A stretch of 64,000 bases of DNA from Podarcis gaigeae (lineage: Eukaryota): NCBI GenBank assembly GCA_964106915.2, contig OZ066915.1. The stretch is one strand, 5' to 3'. Made by a program: the position numbers and the translations under genes. Within the stretch, counting starts at the first letter, position 1. Each line of letters starts with the position of its first letter. This document shows, in pieces, positions 40,301 to 55,300 of this stretch. Under the pieces are notes generated by a model. It was not told the origin of the DNA. It did not search any database and worked only from the letters and a program-made list of their open reading frames with translations.

Positions 40301-43300
40301 TTTTAATGACAAATGAAGTTTAAAAATCTAAGCAATTTAAATGATGCTCAATGAGTTCTAATTTTCATTTCTTGGCTGGGTGCAAACATTTTCCTGTCAT
40401 GTTCCTATTAAATATTGCCAATACCTACTGATTTATAGCCTGGATTGGATCCTGAGAAGCACAGCCAGAAGGAGGTTGGCATAAGATGGGGATTTTCCAT
40501 CAATTCCTCCCACTGAAAAGCCTCTTTTGAAGATTTAAGGGTCCTCCTGAATGGAGTGGTCTGTGGCATGTGAGGTGGTAATGGAAAGGGGGAGACAATT
40601 AAGAATCAGGTGGAGGAACCTTCTATGAGCAGTTTTGCCGGGGCCTGCAGAAGATAGGAGGGATGGTTAAGTCATCTTCTGCCAACCCTCTTCCATCAGA
40701 GCAACTCAGGATGTAAACCTCTGTTTCTTAGTCCCAATGAGTTAACAGGACTTATTTCCAAGTGAACATGACCAAACTGCTAACGCCACAATGGGAGAAA
40801 AAGCCAACAGATGTAAAGACCTTTGGGTCAATTTGGCCCAACCTCATATAGTGTCATTTAGGTATGGCAACCCCCATTACTTTTGCTTGCGTCAAACTGT
40901 GGCATGCTGGAAGTCTGATTAACTTTAGAGGGGATTGTTCATGTTTCTACAGCTGGTCTGCATAGCTAAGTAGAACCATGCCATGTTTTGTTCTAGCTCC
41001 ACATTCATGAAGAGGCAAGTGCAAGGCTAACAGTCAAAAGACAGAGCACCACACATGGGGTGGTTGTTTTAGATTTTAGTCAGTTTTAGTACACTTAATA
41101 CAATAAGACTGCTTCTAAAACATATTCATGCATTAATGAGTCTAAAGATAAGTGCCCAAAGGAAAGGCGTTTCTTGAGAAAACTGCCAATTTTGAGATGA
41201 AGGTTATTAGGCAATAACACACAGCTGTTGCACCTCTGGGACGTGAGAGTTCAGCTGTTCCCTCTTAGAATTAATAAAACAAACCATGAACTACTGACAA
41301 ACATTTATACTGTTCAGACAAAATTCATCAGGGCCTCTAAAGGAAAATGAAGTGCCTCTGCTGATCTCAGTAAGGGAAGAGTCACAGCGCAACAGAACCA
41401 GAAGTAACCATTTAGAGGAGCTTGGGAATGTGATTGTTTGTGTCTAACTTTTAGGTACAGAAACCCCGATCTCTCCTACTGCTGCAAACCTCTGAGATCT
41501 GTACGTATTATGCAGATTGCTATATATTTTCTTCTCTTAGAAAATATACTCTGCTAGCCAAGCTGTACCCCTTGAACACTAAAAGCTTTGTTTAATTCCT
41601 TCCCTGGGAGTGGAATTTTCCAATGTATTACCTACCGAGTATGGTATTGCTATGCTGCTACCAGGACACAGTGGTGGATATTTATTTTAATTGTCCCACT
41701 CATTTTAAAATGCCAGTGTAGACTATGGGGAAAGGTCATGGCTCAGTGGTAGAGCAGAAGGTCTCAGGTTCAATCTTCCTGTCTCAAGGGGGAGAGACAG
41801 TCAGTGCAGAGAGGGGGTATAACGTAAGAGTCCTAGCAGTTTACCTTAAAGGGCTGGATAAAATGTCATGAATGATCAATAGGAGATGTTGTTCCTTCTT
41901 GAGGTCAGTAACCCTGGTTCTGGTTTCTCAGTGTGACGCTGACAAACCAAGGCATTGATTTTGAAGCTTGTTCTGTATAGCACTTACAAATCACCCTGTC
42001 TTCAACCAGCAGAGGATGCCATTGCCATCATCTTCAACAAGGCTTTTATTTACACACCTAATGTATTTATGCCTTTGACATCAGTGGGATCAAGCTGTTT
42101 AAATGCACCCACACAGGCTTTGCAGCATTGCTTATGTCACATCCTGTGCATTCAGAGCACTTTCCCTGGCAATCCCACTGATGTTACTAAGCCTCTTTCC
42201 GAGAACTGGCCTTGAGGACTGTGCCTTTATTAGTTTTAGAGGCATGCTTCATCAGATTCATTCATTTATAAGATTTCTTGCCACCATAGGTTCCCAGGGC
42301 GGGTAGCTGCATGGGAGGGAGAGCTGGGGCAAATAAAGAGGGCTGGGTAAGGATGTCAGAAACTCAAATCTTTGCTTGCTCTTCTATGAAGCTCACTGGG
42401 TGTGTGGCTTTGGCAAAATTACTCTCACGCCCAAGGATGTTTTCAAACTAGAGTGCTTCTTTGACTTTGCTGGAAGAAAGGCAGGACACAAATACAACAA
42501 ATACAAGTTAATCCTGTCAGAAGTCTCCCTGTCATTGAAAGGACAAAGGGCCAAGCTAGAGACACATAAAAACTTACCCATACAGAGAGCACGGGAAGAT
42601 TGAATCAGGTGTTCAAGATTGCCGGTTCCCATTGTGCATCTGTAATGTTTGGAACCACTAATCCCATGAGTCTCCCCAATGTGTGGAGAGCTCTCACGCC
42701 AACACTGTCTATTCCTAGGGGCTGCTGGTGTGGTAAAATACTCCACACAATTAAGGAAAGTCACATAATGAGTTGCTCCAGTCACAAAGAGGCTATCTCT
42801 GGTACCCTCAAACATGCAGTAGGCATAATGTCTACAGTAGTCCTCAAAAAACTGGAGGAGATGGAACTATTGTATGAAATTTTTCTACTCCACCAGCCTG
42901 TTTTTCCTCTCAGCACTGCACCAGTTCTTCTAAACGATGTACAAATTTATTATTCCTCTGCAGCCAACAGAGTACATCTGTTCATAAACAGCATACTATG
43001 TAGTCTAAATTAGCACAGCCAATATATAAACTGCTTTTATTTGCTTAATTTCAGTTCTTTTTAATCATCTATTCATCTTGCAACTCGAAACGCAACATCA
43101 AACTATTAAAACATAAGCAGAGTGATTTGCCATTTAATATAAATAAAAGTTAGCTATATGGGGAACGAACTTTATGGAGAAACAAGACTTCTACATTACT
43201 AATAGTTTTAGAGATTAAATTACTTACTGTAAGCTGGTCTATGTACAGAAAATTATTCAAATTTAGAGCAAAATGCTTCACATTTAGGAAACAAACCAAA

Positions 43301-46300
43301 GCTAATTTTTTTGCCACATTCAACCCACGTGCTAACTTGCTTCTCATAAGCCTATTAGGCAGATGAGCAGAGTCTAATGAGTCCTGACAGTCATGCAGAA
43401 AATTGCATCTCTCTACCTTTGAAAAACACACATACACAAACTATATGACAAGACTTTTTGGTAAGCACCACACAGACAAAAACAAAACACCCCAAATGCT
43501 CAGTAACTGCAGAAATAAAGTTTAAAGAGTAGACAATAAAAATGAATCACACACAACAGTACAAGAAGATCTGGAATGAAGGGGGTTTCAGTCTTTAATA
43601 TATCAAGAATTAAGCTCGGGGAACAATTCAAGAAAAAGTGTCTGAGATGCAGATCACTAGCAACTGAGAGTTTGAAAAAACATTAAGTTAAGTTGCTGAT
43701 TTGTATTAAGAAAAATATATATGCAGAAACTTGAAAGGCTTCCACAAACCATTTCTAACCACACACAGAAGCAGGAAGTAAAGGTTTGAAAAGGGTTTTT
43801 TTGGGGGGGGGGGTTTCAACCCACCTCTCTTAAGTATGTAAAAAAAGGAAGGATGTAAACGTGGCTATATTTGTGTGTCCAAATGTTTACCACACTAAGG
43901 AAATATTTCTGCTGTAAAAGGAACTACAGTATCCCTGTGTCACACCAAGAGCCATTTCCACTCTTTCTTTAAAAGTTTCACTTCTGGTTTACTTTGTCTG
44001 GCTTTAGTTTCTATAGAGGATTCTGGTTGCAAGTTCCCAGTGACAAAGAACAGTTTTCATACCAGGGATCATTAGGAAAGGAACTGAAAACAAAACCACT
44101 CTTCATACAAATCTATGGTGTAATCCCACTTGGTTTATTGTGCTTTTAGTTTATTCTGGTTGCTGCACCTCAAAGAAAACATTGCAGAACTGGAAAAGGA
44201 CAACCAAAATTATCAGGGGGCTGGAAAAACTTTCCTATGAGGAAATGTAATATTTGAGGGGGATTGTTTAGAACAGCAATGGGGAACCTCCAGCCCACAG
44301 CCTGAATTCATCCTTCCAGGGGTCCTAATTCCCTACGCCTATCTTCCCTGTATGCAACGTCAGGTAGGATGTGTGCAGGCAAGAGAAAATATGTAATCTG
44401 ACATCACAATGACATCAGGTGGGTGGCTACTTCAATTTTAGAAAAAGAATAGAGGTTACAATCCTAAAGCCGTTTACCTGAGGGTAAGCCTCAATGAAAA
44501 CCATTGCTGGATTACCAAAAAGGCAGAGTAGGCACCGGCCCCACGCCTTTCTAGAGGCACTGCAACAACGGATCAAAATAGTATTGATTTGATCTTGAAA
44601 GAAAATTACAATCAAACTTTCTTAGTTCAATGTTATCCAACTAGAGCACACGCATGAGAAACCTCCAGATACCAACCTTTCTGTGTGTGTCGCGAGTTCC
44701 CGCCAACTCCAGATCCTAGTAGAATATTCGCAAGTGGCCAAGTAGAAACTTTGAGATAATTTGCGAGGCGCCCCCCCCCCCCCCGAGATTTGAACTGCCT
44801 AGGGTCGGTCCTCCACAGGGTTTAATCCAGCACTCATGAAAACAACAGGACTTACTTCTGAACAAACATTTGCAGGATTGCACTGTTAAGAACTGCTGCT
44901 CTGTCCTCAAGCCAAGCAGAATGAGAGCATCAGCCACCTTATCCTCTCATCTAATACCTATCTTTATGACTGGCTACACCACACCATCATTAGCCGAAGG
45001 TGGAGGAGTTCACAAAACCATCACCTGCCCATCAGGAAATAACATCTCTGTCATCGCTTAAAAGGGAGTGAAAACTTTTATTTGGAAAATTATGGCCTGA
45101 ATTATCTGTACACAAAAACCTAATCAAAGTGTCCTTGAAGGATCAAAAGCTCCGATAAGCATTTACAAGGACAGATGATACATCGAGCAGAAGATAAGTG
45201 GGAGATCCTGGCAGGCTGTGCAAGAGGCACAGGAAAACATAAGGAACAGAATATACTTCAGAGGCTAAGAAATGTTCTAGTAACATACTTCACTTACGTC
45301 ATCCCCCAAATGCTGCTAATATCCTCAGCAAAAAATTCTCTTATTAAGGAATGCACAGCTTACAGTCAAATGTATACAAGGCTTAAAATACCAGAGCTAA
45401 GGAACAATTGGTCCCACTGGCTCCACACCACTGGGAGGACTTAGTTGTGTGCCTACAGCAGGGAGTGTAAGGATAGAATGTTCCCCAGTGTATTGACCAC
45501 TACTACAGAATGCAGGTCTCAGAGGCTCCTTTGCCTTCCATAAAACTGATCTGTCTTCTCTTTCACCTTCTCTGCAGCATGAGGGTGTGAACATTCATGT
45601 GCTCTTCTCAGTGGAAGAACGGGTATTTTTCATAAAAAACAACAACTGCTGCACTCTGCAGGAGAGTCCTCCTGCAGATACCATCCTATCAGTAGTTGCG
45701 TTCTGTTGGATAGGAGAACTGGGCTTGTGGTGGCAGCTGCCCCTTAGAACTCCTTCCCATTGCACATCAGACAGGTACTGTTGCTATTGTGCTTCTGGGG
45801 TTTTCAACAAGCCTTTTACTTGGAGATCTTTCTCCCAGGTTAAATCTGTAGTGGGTTTGAAAATGGTTTTACATATTAAATTGTTTTATGCATGGAATGG
45901 TTTTTAATCGTTTTTACATATGAGCTTGTTTTTTGCATATGGAATTGTTTTAAATTGTTTCATTCCTGATGTTCTTGCTGGGAAATGACTTTTAGATATT
46001 TTACAGGCATCAAATAAATAGACAAAAGTGAGCTAGAGGGATTAATGGCCTCTGACTCAATATAGGGGACGCTTCATAGGCTAAATTCACCTTTCTTAGA
46101 AAATATATACTTTCCCCACACTCAGCTGCCCCAAATATAAGACAGTATACAAGCAATAGCTTTGGTGCCTGTTGCTTTGCACTGTATAAACATGCACCTA
46201 AGCAAGCATGTGAAATAAGAATCTCAAACAAGAGGCATACAAAAACCTCCTAGCTCCAGTTCCAGAAGGCATAGACTGATCCCATAATTCATGAGGCAGT

Positions 46301-49300
46301 GATGGGGGCGGGGAAGAGGAGAGATTGTGCAAGGAACCCAACGGAGAGCATAGTAATTTGGTACATGCTTTATTCAAAGGACAAAATCTTTAAAAGTGAG
46401 CTCTTGATTAGCTTTTTTCTTCTTCAAATGCAGAGATGCTTATACTATTCCTTATTGAGCCAGAACACCCAGAATCTACATCTATGCACAGGTATGCTAA
46501 GGAAATTACATTTTTCTAGAGGTTTTGTACATTAGTTGAAACCACCCCTTATTACCACCACTACAAGTCTTGTCACATTGTGCAATAACACAAAATACCA
46601 GAAGTGCAACGCAGTGTGAGGACAATTATCCTCAATTATGATAGTTCTACACAGAGAGAGATCTTCTCAGAAGTTCATGAAAATTAATATGCACTTGTTT
46701 ACTTAAAAATTGCCTACTTTGCAGCTGTCATTCTTTGTTCATATGGCCAACTGAACAAAGACATAAATCACTCTCAGAACCCTTAAAAAGTTACTTCCAA
46801 AGTTGGATCAGAAGGATGAATCAGTGTAAGGGAAGGGAAGATAATATGAAAAAGTGCCCGGGGTATAGATGTCCACATGTGTTGAATCAAGACATTTCCA
46901 AGTCAAGAGGCGGAAGACCCAATGAGTCACAACTCAATAGGGGGGGTTACCTTAGTTAAACAGTTAGGGCCTACTGAACTAATGAGGCCTTCTTTTGAAC
47001 AGAAGTAAACACAACGACAAGAGGCCAAACACTGACCAAGCAACTGCACAGCTTCCCCCCGTTCAGATGACAAGGGAAAACAGAGCTGGGTGTCATCTGC
47101 ATAATGGTGAAACTTCATTCCAAACCCCTTAACAAATGTTCTCAACAGTTCCTTAGAGAAGAAAGTTAGACTAGAAATCTAATAACTAAAGAATAAGAGT
47201 TTAATCGGCATGGGGGGACAGGCAGCACAACTGCCATGGGGCTAAGCTAAAGTCGCCCATGACTACTTTCTGGTACCAGTCCTGCAGGTAGAAATGGAAC
47301 AACTATAACAGTGTGCTCCCTACTCCCACCCACTAAGATGGTTCAGGAGGATGTTATAATTGATGGTATCAAAAGCTGCCATGAACTCAAGGAGAATTAA
47401 GCAAGCTCAAACTCTCTTTGTCCTCCCTGATACAGGCCACCAAAGTCATTTCAATGCCAAAATCTGGACTGGAGCCAGACTGAAATGGATCTAGATAATC
47501 GGCTTCCTCCAAAGACTCCTGACGCTGCACAGACACCACTCTCTTGATAATAACCATTCCCCAAAAGGAAATGTTTGCAACTGGCAGTAGTTGTCACTTG
47601 CTTCTGGATCCAGGGAAGGTGTCTTGAAAAGGGGACACACCACCATTTCCTTTAAAGGCAAATTACAGTTGTCTCTCACAAAAATGGCATTTACAGCTCC
47701 TGGGCCCAACCCAGGCAACCCCCAACCCCAACCCTTATATGACAGGAAGGTCAGGATTGCATGTGGTAGGCCAAAAAAATTCAAACACCTTGTCCACAGT
47801 TATCTGGCTTTAGCTACTGAAACTGATCCCAAACAACCAGACTTGACATCTCCAGCTGATCCACAATATCTGTGGCATTAAGCTCCAGCAGAACGTGAGG
47901 GACTTTTCAAGGTGCCTTGCAAATTAGTCACAGCAGGCTTTTGTGCATTGTATGCTACTCCCCTTAGGGGAAGATCCCACATTCCCACAAGCCCACAAAG
48001 CTGTGCTAGAAAGCTACTCAAGTAGCTACAGGTGGCATGATTATGTGTTCAACTGTTTTCACTGTAATACTTGTGCCACCTGTACTCCAGCAGTCACTTG
48101 GAGTAAGCCACTCAGAGCTTTCCTGAGGACCACAGAGCCATCCAGGATCCACAATGCTGGAGAGAGCACTCATGAATACCTGTGCCACTGGCCCTTTTCA
48201 TCTCACTATTCCACAGTGACACCAGGGCTTTGATAGGGGTGCCAGCCATGCCAACTGCACAATTCCCCAAAGCGTTCAGGAATCTTCCTAATTAAAACAA
48301 AACAAAACATAAACCTTCCAGGAGAGGATGATCCTAACTGGTCCTCCACCCCTGCAGGGAGCAATGAGCACCAAGCACCACAAATGTTAAACCTCACCAG
48401 GAAATGAACGGTCCATGATAACAAGGTAATTAAACACCACCAAACCATCAACCAGCCACCTGCTGGAAAAGACCAGCTTAAGCATATGTCCTTCCTCATG
48501 GATTATTTGGCCAGTGATATGCCAAGACAACCCCATGATTGCAATAGCAGCCAAAAAGTCCCAAGCCAGCTAAGTCAACGGGAATGGGATTCTCTCAGAG
48601 TAGATGCTGAAAATCGTTCAATACAACTGCCCTAGTTTCCCCCAAAACCACCTCAGCCATTCAGACTGCTGGTATTGGCAAAGACAACAAGTGAGAATAC
48701 GGTTGAGATTATATCTGGCAAAGCTGCTCTGCAGCCTTTCACTTTATAGCAAAATGAGAATGGGATACTGTGAGACATGTGTTCTACAAGTGTGATGTCC
48801 CGTCCCCCAACCCATTTGTTTGTTTCCGTATGCCAGCAAGGGTGAAACTTAAAATAGGTTCCCCTTGTCCATGCCAACTACTGAACTGTGTATTTATCTT
48901 AGTGTTCCCCATTCTCCACTACACCACTTCACCAAGTTCAAGCCTCTCTGTCCTTACTAATATGGAGCCAACTTTTTGAAGTGTGGTAGTGCCCCTTTTA
49001 TTGAAAGATCAAGGGTAACTTTCTGTTCGTCCCCTGTAAATTGAGTAATTGATTAAAGATTAGAGTCAGGGCCTTGCGTACAAAACAGACATAAATCACA
49101 AACTTTAAAAAATGGCCTTGTAACCACACTGTTTAAATATCAGGCAAGGAAGATAAACATGGGTAGAATTACTTCATTGTGCCCTTCTTTCCAGTTTAAA
49201 ACCTTGGGTATTTTTTCATTAATCTTTGGCTTGTCAAACTCACATTCAACAGGTACTCAGAGGCAAAGTAAAGCAATTTATATTTTCCAAAAAGCTGAGA

Positions 49301-52300
49301 CACAATGGAAATTATTCTGCCTGGAGATTGTAATAGGATTACGTCCACTGTTACAGGATCTGCATTTCTTGAGAGTAATTCACTTCTTTGGGCCTATGCT
49401 ATCATCTTAGATTTTGTGACGAAACCAATTGTGATCTCATTAGCATTACACATTGCTTTAAATTAGGCCTTCGTTTTCAGGTTAAGAATAAAATGAGAAA
49501 TGGGAGAATATAAGGTTTTTGTGTGGTTCCTTTTGTGACAAATACCAACATAAGAGTCATTGAAGACCACCTTAAGGGCTGGCAAATGGATTGTGGCACG
49601 AGGCTTCATGAGATGCAACAAGTGGACAATGAACAGCTTGTGAGTGGAAGGCTGGCTTCTTGCAGAACATTCCCCGACAGAGATTGCAACACTGCAGCAA
49701 GAGGACAACTGCTCAGCAGACTGGCGCTTGCAGAAATAAAATAAAACCACAACTACGTAATCCTGGCAGAAAGAAGCAGAACAAAAACAGTAAATAGATA
49801 AATCCAATTATGAAACTAAAGAAGCTGATGCTTTAGACAACACTAAAATGGAAGCTTTCTGAATGACCTTTCTACAGTAAGGTATAGTTTTATCCAGTAT
49901 ATGAACCTGATCTCACACAATCCTGCAAAAAAAGCTTCCTGCAACTGTAATCTGCTAAATTATCATGGTATTGGGGTGGGGATTTCTCCTGGGTGGCTGT
50001 AACCTATATTCAAGCAGTCTAGGAAAAAGGTCTTGACACAATCAGATTGCATTTAGGAGTCCCAAAAAGAGGAGGAGGAAGTAATCTGCTCATTCAGAGA
50101 ACAAATAGGAAGCAAAAGGCTAGGGGGCGGGGGAGGGGGGCGAGCTGTAAGGATAGATTGAAATTTTTAATGTGAGGAACAGATTCATATACGTACTTAA
50201 TAGATTCTCCACCCCTCTCCTCCAAGGTGAAAAGAAGGATGACAACAAGTCAATTTCAGTAAGTGACTTTAATCCTTATCTGCTAAACCCAATCCCACAC
50301 TCCTTCTTTTCAGAGACTTTTGACGTTGAATTACATGCCTCTTTCAGGGAAACCACATGCAAAAGAAGACTGGGCTCCTTCAGTCTTTCATGATTGTAAG
50401 ACAGACTTCAACAGGTGTGACTTGCTGAGAAAACAGATGCTGATAAAAAGGCCTCTTCTACACAGCCATGAAAGGTTACAGGTCACTGCCCTCCTCTGCA
50501 TCTGGTTCGCCCCAAAGATGTGTGTCCCCTCAAGGTCAAAATTCTCTGAAAATTAAGGAAGGCATTTGGGGGGGGAGGGAAACTGGCAGTGGCAAAATAC
50601 AGTGAGGGTAATCATCTAAAAATATAAAGGCTGCAAACTCACAAGTGTTCCATGAATAGTGCCCCCTCTCCTTTTTGCCCTGTCCTATTGGATAATAAAT
50701 AATAATGAATATTGGGGCAGCTTTTTTTTCATCATGACTCACACCCATTACATACCTTGCCACCTTGTGCTCCCAATCATACCAGCCTCTTATTCTAATT
50801 ATGAATCTGGACTCAGGCAACTAAAACACCAAACAGAGACACAATGGGAAGTATAGAGCGGAGAGCCCCTCGCCTTTATGGCAATGATGCAACAGGCCCT
50901 GCTGACACAGAACTAGTTTAATTCATGAGTGCTGCCAAATAGCAAAATGTTCATTTCCATCTTTGATTGGAAACTTTGATTGGAACTGATTTGCAGGCAG
51001 ATTTTTAGAATACGAACAGGGATGTTATATAATCTTCCAAATGAATCATCATCACCAGTCACATTAGGGTTTACGTTTTCAAACAAAAAATAATAATGCA
51101 GAGACCTAACATTATCTAAGTATTTGAGGACTCTTGATATCAACATTACAATGTTAATTTCAGAAAACATTTTTAAATGTATGAATAATCAATGGGCTAG
51201 AATAATTTGCATGCTGCGAGAACTTGGGTGTAAAAAGGGAACATCCAACCAGTGAGCAAGGCTGTGTACACACTCCTGTTTACTCTGCATCCAGCGCCCT
51301 GCCATGGGGGTTATTTATTGTGTTGTTTCTTAAGAAACATTGCATTTTGCTCCAAACCAGCTTCAATCCAAATTGAGAAGCTATGTTTTTAGCTGGCAAT
51401 AGGCACACAACCTACAAAACAGACTGAAGACTAAACAACTACATACATTAGAAAGAAAACCATGTATTCAAGGTATTAGCCAACTCATGGCATCTTCTCA
51501 CACATTTTGTAATCAGGTACCCTTACCATATTAAAAAAAAAAAAAACCCACACATGCTACATTCCAGAATCAACTGAGGTGGATTCACATGTGTGTAATT
51601 TATTGGTGTTCTTTTCAAAATGCAGTGACACGTTCAGTTCCAAACATTTCCCCATAAAGCTGTACGGTTGATTCAGTCTGACGTCTTGAGTCCCCACCAC
51701 TGCCCCCTCCATTTTCCTGATTGAAGTTAACCACTTTATCCAAACAAATTAAAGGAATTGTGTATGCTCCTGTCTCCAATAGTTTGCAGCACTCTTCCCT
51801 GATTTATACCAGTACGTATCTTATACCATAAAACAAATCTCGAAGTCCAAACATTAGCTGAGAGGTCAACTAGTACATTTTGCAGTTTGTGCTTGGGACA
51901 GCTGCTCAGATTATACCTGCATGCCTTCCCTTTATTCTCTAGAGCTGTTCAGTACCACCTATCCCACTGACTTTCAACCTATCCAAGACAGGGCACCTCA
52001 AGTACATATGCTCTGCCTATATATTATGGGCCTCCTTCTTGAATGAGGTTCAGTATAGGGGATTATTCAACAAATGTTTCTCTAACCCACCCCATGCAAA
52101 CTGGCAAGTATTTCAGCTCCTTCTGGAAATCCAGAACACTCTCTCTCGGGCTACCTAATAAGGAGATGAGAGGAACAATTAGTCTGAATGAACAAGTCAG
52201 AAAATGAGTGCTATCTACTGTCAACCATAGATGATGCCACAAAGGACGATGGATGAGGGATGAGGAGGATAGCAGATTGGTAGATGGTGTGTGAACTTGC

Positions 52301-55300
52301 ACCACAAAGAACAGATGGCTAATAAATTATGAGCAATATTGAGCAATAACTAAAGATAATATTGGCCATGAAATCAGAAGAGACATATTCTGTGGATTAT
52401 CCTCAAGACGATTTGGTATGGTCTTGTTTAGTTTGAGGTGGATTGCAGGAAATAGTTGGGAATTCTTTGAAACATTCAATAAATAAAAGAGAAGAAATCT
52501 TAAGTACTGAAGTTGTGTTTTGATGCCCAATGTTATGTTATGCACATGACCTAATATAGCTGCTTTGAAGTCTAATCACGGAAAGAAATGTCTGGATTCT
52601 TTTGTTGCAATAGCAATCCCCAAGGAACATTTAACACACACACAACATCTTTAGGATGATATCCTGTTGTCTGGTTATGAAACACAATATAAGTACCATA
52701 TTTAAGTGGCAAAGCAGAGAAGGTGATAATTAAATGTGCACTAAGATAGCTCATTGAGGGGGACCAAAAAGCTTTAAGGAAGAAAAGGTGAAATGAATGT
52801 CAAAGGGGAATCTCAGAGCATAGTGAGACAAGATCCACCTGTCAATGAAGAGCAAGCAATCAGCTAATTTAGATAAGGGGAAATTAGCTCCAAACCATAA
52901 AGGGGTATCATTATCTACAAAGCCACTGAAACATCACAAAATGATAGGCTGGCATGTTGCTTATAATCCAGCAATGTCAATTCTGACTCTCAGCCAGCTT
53001 TTTAAGTCAAAACAAGTCTTACCCATTCATTGCAATGTTGCACACCAAGTTTATCAGCTGTAGGAAGTACAATGCTGTAAACGATATGTAAGTCATTACA
53101 GTGAAATGGCTGAGCCCAAACATATAGCAGACTTCCTTACAATGCAAGCTTAAACCCATTTTTATTATAATTTAACTATGGCAGCATATTTTATCTATTC
53201 CCAGGTGAAAAAGCTATTAAGATGCATTAATATGGTCATCCCACAATGGTTTTTCACCACTCTCCCCCCCCCCCACTCCACTAGGGAAAACATCCTAGCC
53301 CCATGGGTTTTCCAAAAGGATGGAATGGGAATCATACAGCAATGAGCTGAATCAGCTGTCATATTAAACTAATGTATAGTTTATTGTGATAGGAACAAAT
53401 GGATAAAGCTTTGGGCTCATGTACTCTGCCCCACTTCTCCAGCTCAGCCATGAGAAGGCGATTAGAAGTTTTTGTTTTAATCTCTTATTACCTGCCCTTT
53501 GTTGTTTCATTCAGACCCAACAAACTGTCCCTAATATTAACAATGGTTTGCTTAAAATCAGTCAACTTCAAGCATTGGGCTTTGAAGCTGAACAAACCAT
53601 AATTAAGACCAACAATGAACTCTCATGTTCAGAAACAATGCTAAACTGTGGTTAACCAAAACCATAGGGGTTTTTTTTTATTATCTCCTTCTCACAGCCA
53701 TGCCAGAGGAGGAGAGGGAGTATGTGAGCCTAATGCTCCCTGTGGCTCACATCCATCACAATAAATCATGGCCTACTGGGATATCTGAGCTGGTTCAATG
53801 GAGGCACCAACCAAGCCAACCTCTCTGCAGGGGGAATGCTAAAGTTATGGCATCACAACCATCTCTTGGGTTGCCACCCGCTTTGCTTCACATGGCGAGA
53901 TATTTGGAAGAGAGCTTCTGCAGATGATCTCTGTGGAATGACAGGTCAATATAAAACAGGAACAAAAATAGATGATTAAGGAATGGCAGTAGCTTCTTTG
54001 GAGATCAAAAGAAAGTATAATCTAATATAGAGTGCAATCTTTGGGTGAGTTATCCTAGCCAAGTCCCAATTTGTTAGTGTGCTATGCAAGGACTGTGGCT
54101 CAAGAGATGCATAATACGAGAAGTTTCTTTGGCAAGTGGAAAAGGATTATACCTGCAAGCTTTTAGATAAAAGCAATTTTTACCACTACAGAGGGTTAAA
54201 AAAATGTTTAAGTAGCACATTAACTCTTGCATTCAAACCTTTCATAGTGATTTCTCAATACATATATAAAAATGTTATTTCATTAGCCCTTCTGTATTAC
54301 TCATTCCAGTACTGTACTGTGGCAATGTCCTTAACATGTTCAATGTCTGTATCTTTGCTGTGTTAACTATCAAAATGCTAGCCATGATAACAAAATAAGA
54401 TGCTTCCTAAAAGCTTTTCTGAATGTTAAGAGCAGAATGGGAATAATAGCTTTATAATTTAAGGCTTAACAGTGCAATCCTGTCCACCCATAAGTAAACC
54501 CCAGTGAGTTCATTGGTGGCTTACTCCCAAGTAAATTGATAAAGGACTGTGGTTTAAGACCCAAGATTGAAATCCTATACCCACCTACCTAGGAGTAAGC
54601 CATGACTGAAAACTGAGCTTTATATTTAGTAGCAATGTGTAAGACTGCACTGCAGAATGCCTTAAAAGGCAGAAATTGAACTTCAACCCCCCCCCCCAAT
54701 ATTTCTCATTAAAAGCTACAGTATCTAAGGAATACAGAGGAATGTTGATTATTTGGGCTTTTTCCATGATGTAAGTGAGAATGGTCTGTCTGGACTTTCT
54801 CTGCATGGGATCAGAATAAAACTCTCTCTTCTGCAACTTCAAAAAAGTTCTAATGTAGAATTCAAGAAAACAAACAGAAAGTAAAGTCAGCAAGGAGCTT
54901 TGATGCATCAAATAAACATTTCACTTAAGTGCTGGGTGAATATTAGTCTGGTTTATCCCAGCTTTGCTACAAACTGTTGCTACTGTGATGACTGGGCAAA
55001 AGAATTTTCTTTTGCTTAAACAAGAAAGCATCTGCTGACACAATATAAAGAAGAGCTCTTCAAGCTTCTGTAGATGGGGAGATGAAAGATTCCTAAAGAT
55101 ACTGGGACAGTTATATGATCACCCTAAACACCCCTGGCATTTTCAAATGGGAATTAGCCCAAGAATTTAAATATGCACAGAAGAATCTTTAGTTCTCCAG
55201 CAACTGTTGTGGAAGAATATTAAGACATTCCATGTTCCAGAATGGAGGAACATCACTTGTGCAACAAAATTTAATACAAGTATAATCCTACATATCCACA

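Noticed and set aside
39020-43013. Intronic ORFs of 137-159 aa (39020-39499, 42393-42815, 42600-43013)
   Set aside because: No domain signatures, one overlaps a LINE/SINE tail, and their lengths are compatible with chance in 64 kb when alternative start codons are allowed.
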